In this document: piece by piece, positions 34,101 to 41,928 of the stretch
Numbering within the stretch: position 1 is the stretch's first letter
Layout: every line of letters starts with the position of its first letter
Origin: Schizochytrium sp. TIO01
Lineage: Eukaryota; Protista; Bigyra: Labyrinthulomycetes
Reading direction: 5' to 3'
NCBI GenBank assembly: GCA_004764695.1
Contig: SMSO01000025.1
Coordinates: forward strand, 4,318,862-4,382,861
DNA length: 64,000 bases
The notes under the pieces: model-generated
The model's input: the letters and a program-made list of their open reading frames with translations, nothing else
Told to the model about the DNA's origin: nothing
Database searches by the model: none
Made by a program: the position numbers and the translations under genes

Positions 34101-36728
34101 TCTCCCGTCATGGGTCACGAGGTTGCTGCTGCTAAAGTCACGCGGAAAAAGCTTTTACCATCTCTTGTGAAAGGAGGCGGACATCACAATCACAGCCGTA
34201 ACTCAGGTGGAGGATCTACGCAAGGAAACAGGTGGGGTCAGTCATTCCTGACCATCCCATTGGCATCCTCTGCATTGCTTCTCATTCCACTGTTAATTCA
34301 GTGCCATTTTAGTGGAGTTTGCATGGCTTTAGCGTTTTCTATAGACGACAATGAACTTAAGTATAAGCTTCAGTCAGACACAGTTCGTACCATTGCCTTG
34401 ACTATGATCACCTTTCTAGGAAGTGTAGTGACTGTCTCGACTGTTGTCTTACAGATCGTCTCCACGCGTTACACACCACGCGTTGCAATTCTCTTCCTCA
34501 GAAATTTTCGAATTGTTGTGAGTCTGACAACGTTCTTTGGTTCGACTCTTTTTGTAGAACTACAAGCTGTGCAATCTTCTGAGACTGGTATGAGTCGAAT
34601 TGGCTTCATTTGGTCTATTGTTCTTATGGTTCTTTCCTTCATCTTGCTCATGCCCTATATCGCTCACTTGCTTCGGTTCCTCGACGCCGCTCACATCTTT
34701 CGAGAGATCGGTCATGAGGGGCTGGAGCTTGCTCTTGCAGACCTCCGAGGCGGCCAGCGCCCCAACAATGGGAAGTCTCAAAATAATAAGCGTAGAGTGG
34801 CGCCCGTTGATCAAACCTCCTCCGAGGAAGGTAGCAACAAAGTCATTGAGGATTCAGCTCAAGTTAAGAAGTCTGATCAACCATCTGGGCCAGGTCCAAC
34901 TGAGAATCAAGAAGGCACGAAGACAGCTAAATTCACTAGGCAACAAGGAGTCTTGCATTCTCTGGATCAAATTTCTGACTTTTCCGTGACTGCACTGCGC
35001 CTCAAAGATAAGCACAACGCATTTCATGGTATTGATTTGCTATGCGCTTTCGCAGTTGCGTACATCCAAGGGAAGCAAGAAATTGCTGAAGATCAAGGCT
35101 TAGAACACACCAAAGTTTCAACTGCTGTTAATCGGGATCCAGATTTTGTGAGTATGTCTGATGCAATTCTGTGCGACTTGGAGTCGCAGCATATTTGGGT
35201 ACTATGGAAAGCTCTACGTCAGCTGTTAAAAATGTATGAGTTGTCCTTAGGAAAGTTTAATGATGCGATCTTACGCATAGCTCGTGGCTTGCGTCACATT
35301 GGACAAGCAGCTGCATCATGTGACGATATGAACGCAGCACATCTTTGTATCAAGTTTATGAATACAATCCTTCAGCTAGCTTTAAGCCAAGAAAATCAGC
35401 GCGCTGCCGATACTGTAATGGTCCAGTATAGATTTTATTGCGAGTTTATATTAACGCAACGAGTAGTTCACGAAAGCGTTGTAGAAGATGATGAGGAGCG
35501 AATTTCTCCCTGGTCAAATCTGATTTGCGATGTTATTGGCTACTTCCATCACTATGCTCTCTCTAGTAGTCTTACACTGCGTCCAATGACAGGTCGGATT
35601 ATTCACGATATGTGCTCGCTGGCTGCATTTGCGCGTCATTTTGATTTGAAGGATATGAAGAACTATATCCAGCAGGAAATTTTCACTTTTCTGCTGGAGT
35701 GTCCTATCCCGCCTCAGAGTAACGGGCCTATCTCTGATGCTCAGAAAGTTGACCATTTACCTCGTGAGGTCCTGCGGGCTATATTTAAGCTTGCTAGTAT
35801 ATACATTTCCGAATTTGGAGATCGCGTTTCAGATGTAGGAGGCGACGTTCGCAAAATAAAAGTTGCACTCAGATATCTCCAGCCCTCCACACTTGAAGAG
35901 GTTTGGAAAGATTTTCGCACACTGAGTTTCAAAGAAGACATTCAAGTGTCTGATCGTGCCGTCAATATCGACTCGCTAACACCCAAACAAGTTGCAGCTG
36001 TAGGAATGTTTTTTCGTTCCTTTGAAGTCGATGTCACAGAAATCGAAAGTGGAGCTGATGTAGTAGCTCGATTAATGGCCCTCAAGCGTCAATCGCGTAA
36101 TGTTAACTCCGAGGAAGCTCATGCTCCACCAAATCGGAGACAATCAGTCACAGAAGAAGGTACATCACGTCGTCTCTCGGTGGCTTCAGTTGAAGCTCTT
36201 AATATCAAGAAAGAGTATCTTGATAAATCCCAAGAAAACGAGGGAAAGCCATCGTCTGAGTCTTTCAAAGGTACCTTTGACGATGAGCGAGAAAACAGCC
36301 GTAAAAGTCTTAGTCTCGAAATGGATGTCAAAAACGATGATAATGAGGAGGAGAGCGATGATGAGATCAAGTTTGCTGCTAGTATCAACCAAGCCAAAGA
36401 GCGGATTCCCAAGGAGGAAGGAGAGAATCCTAACACAGAAATTGTTGAGATGGCGAGCGACCAGTATGTGCTAGAGACTGTTGCACTTCACCCTAATATT
36501 GGTGGTAATGCGATGGAGAGTACTACGGAACTCGTCATGGAGGTTAGCCATGCTGTACAGCCGGGAGATGAAGGAGAACACGATGCTGTTATTCCGGAAA
36601 CGGGTAGAAGTGTAAAGAGTTCAGACGATCTGAATGTTGTTGATGAAGTTCAAGAGCAAGCTTCAGCAGCTGTCACAACCTTACCAAAGCCAGAGCGCGA
36701 AGATTCGTTGCAAAACATCGAGATATAA
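25188..36728 (+). CDS. Giant multi-pass membrane protein, 3846 aa, with five tandem DUF2254-like modules
   Basis: Uninterrupted 11.5-kb ORF. Each of five units has about 4-5 hydrophobic helices (LQ and PYF..FL motifs) and a soluble helical domain (KDK, WxEWK, KFLNT, RRAQxKL, FWE..R..N.D motifs). The repeat structure is seen directly; the DUF2254 assignment is from recall of 'VVLQIVSTRYTPRV..LF'. Confidence 0.85.
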   Translation: MTGFGSSQSDDRPNSYSQGNTSNKQTKKVHAANFDDMKSIDSVQSHASVSTHDDDEEDDKHETARMRFALGFTLPFDFGKFYLIPITIIPGIAIALQQGLWRFEDDLPLKNQIDDVVQVRATMDMIARDVVIVLGLLVTSSFVVLQMFAANFLTHTISLFFRNRSLFLILAFICMSAIFCVVVDTMVHEEFNLYISIRIAYALRMLSLSITFPYFNFLVNFLSSESLIKQVCENAVQCLHSLGKLVVEEKGDYDDDVLSVHSARAWLSGWPKARSMTQDKIEKAVVSHQVDWINAVELLTDIGLSTLKQKDKENANNAMLSLYTIACEYSHSKMSGKVPDSWFLLSDPIRIRPDFSSLSVEVLDNLESKEIWCEWKILRAYQLLLETSNTLDMPNLCGLAAFYTRKIGELAAQRGQREVVEVCIKFLNTYIAYLIHEKNIPVLSGVLNEYRELGVEMVRMDAFFTNMIKEIDSTLSSAERQRKSSVILRSITLARRSMRGHYGNAATNSTSLDPQSLSLHHMRRQRKSLGSIRNEIASARRQSGDATAAGSALYNIKAIAPGRLTNFISGIRGTFIQGQDDFDNRSTARMRSMRSRFINQKLHYSKMLGTVANNLRQHLVASTDHTLGIIAETIAHDMGEICAEAYKNECEAHEELLAIFLTLDDTQTQSSQRQTHRGIRRSQVKLATYYLVGGDIELAKEIHQDMEEEPMFRIRQIYRELVAMDTENFWEISFRSRNLDYLSPPYRAQLKTFFGWFEDFSFEKLGKMDNDLFDVSKNVHLGVNDEDQEGHSESSLGQEEKDESQEHGSPIAMSTEENDGQERDGASASLCSDRDESEADISMSEKSEAKRRTRASIDVRRRSILESDIRRPSVVKSETEQVLEDLNQKTGSLCWRLQLFGEDGLLRIFINTSLYTVGCLVVGVLLDQWNGSSAVPVSFTQFEADVMISGLAVTSILLYVVLCVSSMIILQLVAARYKFHPDMLSFLRDPILYFILAQIMVSCMLTTMISIYIEEEAVPKRTIRFTIVLIMLNIVLLLVYYTRLFFVLQPDSILNNVQRRTLSHVRVAIGRTNTLRNLKKKCATGTTKSQFLRMNTITARYGPTQNNTTDAKAEQSAAKASLDKLREEVWYHQFQAHEHIKRICDFAFACVQDSDETNLNKAISILLVIIKEYAVSKKKLPDEWFEVRGLLRRTSDFINFSAYRITLVTEQRVWFEWKVLAQYLLIFDECIKLARVDACQAVTLKTGSIAKGFIQANDTNAYRVAINFINTFMRRAINNKSNEVAGQLVMQNYMLMQEIIRTKFDERTEPVVQERWRAIISDQGRYQKYYAQVALLKGLGAIVENVAMSLSQICSVALEVDELVHIDMLELLLTVDDTADGDQDSLVGIRRAQAKLGLKYIITNNESFARMVASDFEVETYSRLKNIVDEMLSTNRAEYWEVSENGLPTEFLSHEEKMQLATFFTFVEEEKAAEELNNPSGSKPAPPLKPYIDEILENKTSKQLGFRPRTQQELIDRRRMAGGSSRSLQSIDDKLKATTNTFRMGTGRSASISIVNNHTSILDDGFSVSQLDDFLEAIFAQVKGQLPMQELCTRLLLPLTLMGIFTIVLLSISFAVDNVMAQDDETIKFTLSDIWSLSNEPKDTTLPAELVIRIFSVIMMCSLIALQKSASRVVRHVWMLFRSARWVQVIWLLDICAVSFALLNAGFSIEKARPTLSLISVILASLSVMTLYPYFSYFFVFLDENRLLTHVVLQDLRMLNQLSKSSDSTSNVLHLVHSLQRVADFASSTIRVKDKTNAMKSVNALYCIARCYLNVKQNLETSFFFKFNELPELASMSDFARLSIDFRTTISEDRSWVEWKFLRHLLILFQESVGHMAEVCYRIVISTRELAEAAMRKGDLALLDLSIKFLNTFLKIALERMDIRLVYNIMFQYRKLGENIINGRLLSPNNNITAKESDRYVLDIAFFFRHYAHVAQSRGIGFVTELITHDLFVLCMAASRRNAKCHDDLLNISLQSYSKDSSIGRRGVRRAQLKLSAFYIVQKRMAHMEKVLEEILSEDNLDQIIRAYADLSAPEVSLNFWEINERNYNIDHMIPEQHRALRELLERFPENLRDLCHGFESRVHKRIDVKANQGSDRPASSSKKSESTGNTQSLESVFSGFSREIVIRARESAKRVEARDASSVNRKTMRYLGMQKARFGSTMRILSTSNAENGGKPGESPGSSMENLNTGSSMANASQKAWFVVVLLLFIALSATFIAAALDSNLSTAHLFLFLPSTTVKDRQQTLKFLGKASVVIFCIVLTPTLIMLQINSRHLLGVIAEQFFKDRRVAFLLTYYSSAAVYCLAAHYVTTDTYAPRLAVLASGAVVATLICFLFPYFATVFEFLDPHGVVMRMLKHSTKAVNESTTARKPSHSKIIFEQMQLDRLLQQLTGFANASLRDKDKNNLTNVVRVLSTFMEHYLYLKSRLDQRWFDATGRHMRISQDFGSLEPDQLVIMSETRTWVEAKLLRQFLGLFNEALVNMQESCFLIAIETVKIGHLAIEVLDYHTVELVVKMLNTYLRSCLNKRAIRAIYNTLHQYRQFAELLVISSAGQHQPLNKFAISIAQYLRYYGSVAASMRIEFVVQVIAFDLARMCETAFTLGFDNNVTNDRTLAELLALFDSMQPSTSTANVVSEFERREQVCKEFGNNMESIARASMCLATLYLEMGDQHRADVIIDKLNESCQPNILERARDKIEKCTERDFWEANDRGSNFDFLPESRRAKLMQLFMALRNGEERLRERESALVIRAGADPTKIKSLNMPNSLFAAIHRRAAESRSSGLVPAVNNGPSLATISLAHAAMMRKVKRIRDAREQHEKEQVQIEQDDSVETQALVMQSFMGAHMEESTRSTRHRNSVREMAHATRVRQSRRGSANNLLSLFAGTSKAAQRAHEENMNEGSVVSFTSVASMTETRQGRGAYNSVASLDGPGSPVMGHEVAAAKVTRKKLLPSLVKGGGHHNHSRNSGGGSTQGNRWGQSFLTIPLASSALLLIPLLIQCHFSGVCMALAFSIDDNELKYKLQSDTVRTIALTMITFLGSVVTVSTVVLQIVSTRYTPRVAILFLRNFRIVVSLTTFFGSTLFVELQAVQSSETGMSRIGFIWSIVLMVLSFILLMPYIAHLLRFLDAAHIFREIGHEGLELALADLRGGQRPNNGKSQNNKRRVAPVDQTSSEEGSNKVIEDSAQVKKSDQPSGPGPTENQEGTKTAKFTRQQGVLHSLDQISDFSVTALRLKDKHNAFHGIDLLCAFAVAYIQGKQEIAEDQGLEHTKVSTAVNRDPDFVSMSDAILCDLESQHIWVLWKALRQLLKMYELSLGKFNDAILRIARGLRHIGQAAASCDDMNAAHLCIKFMNTILQLALSQENQRAADTVMVQYRFYCEFILTQRVVHESVVEDDEERISPWSNLICDVIGYFHHYALSSSLTLRPMTGRIIHDMCSLAAFARHFDLKDMKNYIQQEIFTFLLECPIPPQSNGPISDAQKVDHLPREVLRAIFKLASIYISEFGDRVSDVGGDVRKIKVALRYLQPSTLEEVWKDFRTLSFKEDIQVSDRAVNIDSLTPKQVAAVGMFFRSFEVDVTEIESGADVVARLMALKRQSRNVNSEEAHAPPNRRQSVTEEGTSRRLSVASVEALNIKKEYLDKSQENEGKPSSESFKGTFDDERENSRKSLSLEMDVKNDDNEEESDDEIKFAASINQAKERIPKEEGENPNTEIVEMASDQYVLETVALHPNIGGNAMESTTELVMEVSHAVQPGDEGEHDAVIPETGRSVKSSDDLNVVDEVQEQASAAVTTLPKPEREDSLQNIEI

Positions 36729-37199
36729 AATAGATCAGGTTTAAAACGCCTGGGTAAATAAGCTTATTGGTTAATTTGCATATCCCTATGAAGAATTTTC
36801 TGATTTCTTCGTGTTGGAGGATGTATACGTCAGAAAAATAGACTACTTTTGTTTTGTACTATTTTATTTTAAAAAATATATATATATATTTCTGATTTTA
36901 CCTCTGAGAATTGTGTTCAGGCTATTTTAGATCAAGGAAAAGAACAGATTGCACGTTTCTTCTGTTGTTTACACATGTTTTTACTTGAAAAGGCGCTCAT
37001 GAACTGACAATACCGCACTAAAAGAATACTCTTGGAGAATACCCTTTTCGGTTATCCAATCTTTTATGTTGACAACTTGACAAGTCTTTTTAATTTCAAA
37101 GAATAAGAATACGAAAAATCGGTTTGCTTTAGATGGTTGGGGGTAAAGAGTTAGAGGTTACGGATAAGTGTTATGCAAGTTGGATCTAAATCTGGTAAT

Positions 37200-38105
37200 T
37201 TAAAGTCGCAAGATCTGGTCAAAGCTAGCGCGTGCCCGCTTGAGATTGTGGTGTACGATTGCTGGCTGAATATCGGGGTCTGAAACGATGACCATGATGT
37301 ATGTGTTGGCAGTGAAGACATCGATGAAGGCTGTAAACTTTGAGTTGCTGACTTCCATAGCCTGGAACTGAGACATCGATTTGCCACAGCTGAGCTTAAA
37401 TTGTTTGATGATATTGGATATCTTTTCAAATCGGTGCATGTCTCCATGGAGTTTCCGGGTCGCGTGTGAGATGACTAGGAAAGTAGCGTGTTCAAAAAGA
37501 ACGACCTCATCACCCTCAAGAATTTCACACAGCTTACCAAGGTTACTCTCTAGGATCTCCATGTCGGGAATGAGGGAGTAGACAATAGCGGACCATGCCT
37601 TATAGAGTGTTTCATCCCAAATCGATGTGCCGAAGCAACGAACCTTCATGCCAGCCGAGTGACCAAGAATGAGAGCTTGGCGTTCCTCAAACATTTTCTG
37701 GCGCAACATGGGATCGTGGAAGATATCCATCTTATGGATGAGGACAAAGATGTTCGCATTATCAGAGTTTTGCGTGATTGCCTCAAGACATCCTTCGTAG
37801 TACTGAAGGTCCTTCTCCAGCTGCGTGCCTGTACTCTCAATGTTAAATACGTAGATAAGCACCGCGACGTTGCTGAAAATGTGGTCCCGCTGCGATTCAA
37901 AGTAGCTCTCATAGAAGGCGTCCTGACCACCACAGTCCCACAAGTTCAGTACTAAGTTGCCCAGAAAACGCACATGCGAGTGTTCTACATCCAAGGTTGG
38001 CGAGAGCCGCATTGTGTCCCTCGCAAGGTAGTTGGCAAAAATGATGGATCGCATCGAGGTCTTTCCTGACCCGCTGCTGCCCATCAGCAGCACCTTTTGC
38101 TTCAT
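37200..38105 (-). CDS. RRAGA: Ras-related GTP-binding protein A/B (RagA/Gtr1), 301 aa
   Basis: '[23 protein letters not shown]', 'LNLWDCGGQ', 'HKMD', '[13 protein letters not shown]' and '[16 protein letters not shown]' are hallmark RagA/Gtr1 sequences. Confidence 0.97.
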   Translation of the reverse strand: MKQKVLLMGSSGSGKTSMRSIIFANYLARDTMRLSPTLDVEHSHVRFLGNLVLNLWDCGGQDAFYESYFESQRDHIFSNVAVLIYVFNIESTGTQLEKDLQYYEGCLEAITQNSDNANIFVLIHKMDIFHDPMLRQKMFEERQALILGHSAGMKVRCFGTSIWDETLYKAWSAIVYSLIPDMEILESNLGKLCEILEGDEVVLFEHATFLVISHATRKLHGDMHRFEKISNIIKQFKLSCGKSMSQFQAMEVSNSKFTAFIDVFTANTYIMVIVSDPDIQPAIVHHNLKRARASFDQILRL

Positions 38106-39159
38106 TTTTCTTCGCCAATTTTATGACTTCCGCTGCAATTCCTTCGCAAGTCTCAGCGACACGAGTCACAGTCTGCGAAGCAGAATCTGGCGTCTATCTA
38201 TCCCTTCGTCGAAGGTTCTTGACGAGAGAGGAGACTAATATATACCAAGTTGACAGAGCAGAGAGAGCTTCGCGTCCGCTTCGCCAATGTACTCGTCCGC
38301 TCGCTCGCAGCCAGCAACGCTAGTTGTTGCGCAGCTTCGCAGAGGCTATCCTGCGAGACCAAACCACCAGGGGGACCTGGCAACTCCGCAGCGACGTCTC
38401 CCACGGGGGCGCCTCTGCACGGGAAGTCACCGTTCGAGGATTGATTGAGCGTGATCTTCATAAAAATCTTACCAACTAATGTTATAAATTCAAAACAAAA
38501 CCCAAAATGAATATCAATAATATATCATATCGAACAACAAAACAAAACAAATCAAATGACATCATTAAAAAAACAAACATCCCCATCAATAAGTTAGCGG
38601 AGAGAAGGAAAAGAAAAGAACAGAAAGGAAAAGAAGACGCTCTGGCAGATGATCCAGCAGTTCCAGGCGTTCCCATCAAGATCGCCGATCCCAAAGTTCC
38701 AGATGATCCATAAGATCCAACACCAGAAATTAGTTCCAGCAGTTCTATAAGTTCCAAGAGAACCAGATGTTCCTCAGAGGGCGCAGCGCACGCGTGCGCC
38801 AGCCTTCTTCTTTTTCTTCTTCTTCTTCTTCTAATACGCTGCGGCGGCTTCTCGCCTGCTCGCTGGAGAGCGAGGCTGGAGACGGCCTGTGGATGCAGGC
38901 TCTTGAAGGCGGGTGCGGTCTGCAGGGACGCCCATCGTCTACCGCGACCTGAAGAGGCGAACGAAGAGTCCGTTGGGATGGTCTTGCCGGGAGTTACGAT
39001 TGATTGGCCTCGTGCCCCAAAACATGAATGAAAGAGAGAAAGAATAAATTAAATTTAATAAAAATAAAGAATGAAGAATGAAAGAAAATAATTGAACTGA
39101 TATGATTGTTCCTGTTTCGAGTTATTTGCTTATTGCTATTATCATGTTTTAATATTGTA

Positions 39160-39270
39160 TTTGCTTCTTCTTCTTCTTCTTCTTCTTCTGGCTATTGTTA
39201 TTTTGTATGAGTGCTAGGATGATGACGGCTTTAAATAAATAAGTAAATAAATAAATAAATAAATAAATAA
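39160..39270. repeat. (TTC)n and (AAAT)n microsatellites in the divergent RagA-SelT spacer
   Basis: Directly visible. Confidence 0.9.
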
Positions 39271-40153
39271 GGTTTTTAAAAGCACCGTTTTTTAATAAAA
39301 AGTTGAATAATCATTCACAGTAGTTTTGGGGTGAATAAAATATACTATAAAATGATTTGCATTTATCAAAAGTTATTTATTCCAAGTTAAAATCAAATGA
39401 AATGAAATAAAATGAAAAATTTAGAGCATCAGCAAATGAGAAGCTCTAAAAACTCCGAAGAAACCATGAGTTCTTGATTGCTTTGCAGTCCTCGGGCCAA
39501 ATCGTTTCACGACGGAGGAGCCAAGGAGTGCTGCTCGTGTACACTACCGATCGATCTGCACCCTTTCCTCGACGTCGAAGGGGTTCTTCCATTCATTCAT
39601 CCGGGTGATTACGGTGCCTCATTTAACATCGGTGATTGAAATACGCAACAATTTTCAGAGCAGGAAGTGCATTAATTAATTATAGTATGGCACGATCTCT
39701 GTCCTACTTTCCCTGTTTGCTCTACTTTGTCGCCTCCGTTTCTCTACTTGCAGCTTCGGAATAGTTCACTGTAAACTGCGCTTTACACTGCAGTATTTGA
39801 TTTTATTCTGGTGTGCACGTTGAGCTGTGAAATGAAGTAAACACGTTGGAGACACTCGAGTTGAAGTTACTCTGAGCTATGTACCTACAGCGTCAACGCT
39901 CCGAGCAGCCTGAGGTTCTCCTGCGAACGCTGCACATGCGTGTTGATCAAAGGCAGCTCCATTCTGGAGCAGAAGGTGCTTTTGTTTCGTTCATTCCTTC
40001 GTTCACAGTTTTTAACACATTATGGCAGTACACTTACATTCTATTACACATTCTTGAGGGTAAAATTCGCTCTTTCTGTGCGATTCTTCGTGCGCTCGAG
40101 GCCTCTGCTGCAGATCTCGAACTCGTTTCGCTCCGTAGCGAGGTCGAAGAACG

Positions 40154-40897
40154 ATGCGGTGGCGCGCGGCTGCTTCTGCCGCGTTGGCGGCGGTGACGCT
40201 GCTTGGCGGCGTAGGCTCCGGCAACCGCTTCGACGACGGAGGTCTGGTAATTGCCGCTGCGGAGCCCGTGCACAAAGCTCATGAAGTCATAGATGTCTCG
40301 GGCAACAGTGAGGACGAAGACGAACTCGATGGCTGGGAAGGAGATGCGTCCTTTGCAGACGGCGAGGACGTTTCCTCGGCGCTGGCATCCGAAAAGGCTG
40401 CCTTTGGGGGCCAGGACCCTGTGCAGATTTTTGTGGAGTTTTGTACCAGTTGAAACTACCGCAGCAACTTTATGGCTTTGAAGCGCTTCTTGGAGAAGGA
40501 ATACCCCAACCTCCAAGGAAATATCTTTGGCAGCAATTATCAGTCCTCGTGGATCATTCCTTACCTTTTGCAAGGTGCAGGTGTGATGCAAGTGGCTGCC
40601 ATTGCGCTCATGGTGTTTGGAGACCAACTCTTTAGCATGCTCGGGATCCAGACCCCAGAGATTGTCACTTTTATGCGGCAATATCAGGTTCAGACATTCA
40701 TGTTCCTCTTTGTGCTCAGCAGTGTGGCGCAAAACCTGGCGGCATCCGGTGCTTTCGAAATTGCGGTCGGTGACAAGGTCGTCTACTCCAAGCTTCAGGC
40801 AGGACGCATGCCTACGCTCGAGGAAATAGTGAACCTTCTTGATGATGCTGGCGTGCATCGCCTAGGAGGACGCCCTTTTGAGGATCGACAAATCTAA
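40154..40897 (+). CDS. SELENOT: Selenoprotein T (Rdx family, CxxU), 247 aa with Sec at the in-frame TGA 40451-40453
   Basis: Track ORFs 40154-40453 and 40472-40897 are in the same frame: ...GAG TTT TGT ACC AGT TGA AAC TAC CGC... = EFCTSUNYRSNFMALKRFLEKEYP. It has a signal peptide, an internal hydrophobic hairpin and the SelT C-terminus 'SGAFEI..VYSKLQAGRMP'. A SECIS lies downstream. Confidence 0.95.
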
Positions 40898-41139
40898 ATA
40901 CACATGGCCTCCTGTGCATAGACAAGCAAGTAAAGAACCCTTTCCTCCAATACTAGGACGATCAACAGAGCAAGTCTTGCTCAACAGGTCGCCGGCTTCT
41001 TTCACGTAATGTTTACCCCTGTCCGGTCATATTCTATTATCACTATTCGTACAGTATTCGCGACTGGCATCGATAAGTGTGGATTAATTACATCACTAAA
41101 GTTTGTATGTACACCCGAAATTATTTTGGTCAAGCAATA

Positions 41140-41232
41140 TTTTGCACTGATGACGGACTGTCCTGTTAAAGCTTACACTCTGGTGCTGGTGAAACGCCCA
41201 GGGGACAGGGCTGTCCCGACAATGACGTCAAG
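41140..41232 (+). promoter_or_regulatory. SECIS element (form II-like) in the SelT 3' UTR
   Basis: ATGAC core at 41150-41154. Helix II GGACTGTCCTGT (41155-41166) pairs with ACAGGGCTGTCC (41205-41216), with one U-U mismatch and one G-U pair. Unpaired AAA at 41168-41170 and 3' core CGAC at 41217-41220. Confidence 0.88.
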
Positions 41233-41928
41233 TAGGATCTACAGATGATTTTCTCATATGTGGCTCTGTGCTTGGGGTGGCGGCGTGGTACACTGCTGCC
41301 CGCAAGGAGCTCTCTATGGCATCTATTGGGCCTAAATATCTTCTGCCTTTATTGCAGGAAAACGGCTCATTATAATGCTTGGGAAGGCTAGCGTTGGAAG
41401 ACACCGTGTAGATCAGCTTCATTTGGTTTCAAGTCTGCAAAATTAATAACCAAGAGTCGCTTCAAAGCCACTACACTGTGTTCATTCACCTGACTGGAGT
41501 TCATGTTGCAAATCGAGATATGGGATAGGTTCGCTGTTTTTATACAACATATCCTCCCTCGAAAGGCTTGTGAACCGCTTCTTGCTCGGCAAAAGTATTG
41601 TTTGGAGTTTAAATTCTAAGCGTGGGGTATGCACAAAGTTTATTATAACTTTTAAATTAGTAATTTTACATATACTTAGTACTCCTGAATCAGTCATATT
41701 TGTAAATGAAGAAGACTTCTGACATGGGTTTCTGGTTGGGCTCTTGCTCTATTTCTATTTAAAATCACCCTGAAACTCGATGATACAATGCATTAAACCA
41801 CGTATTTTAATACATTCATTCTCTTATCGAGATTCTGCCTGTTCTCCACGCAGGGGAAAAGTTATAAAAATGAAATCAAAACTACCCACCCAACCAACAT
41901 CAAACTCAAAATATAAATTACGACATAA

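Noticed and set aside
40154-40453. 99-aa and 141-aa ORFs as two separate genes, or a nonsense pseudogene
   Set aside because: The TGA falls at the CxxU position and a SECIS follows, so one selenoprotein explains both ORFs.
40034-40858. 274-aa antisense ORF over SelT
   Set aside because: It is a shadow of the SelT coding strand with no recognisable motifs.
37200-40897. Functional cluster of divergent RagA and SelT
   Set aside because: Adjacency in a eukaryotic genome is not evidence of a shared pathway, and no shared regulatory motif was seen.
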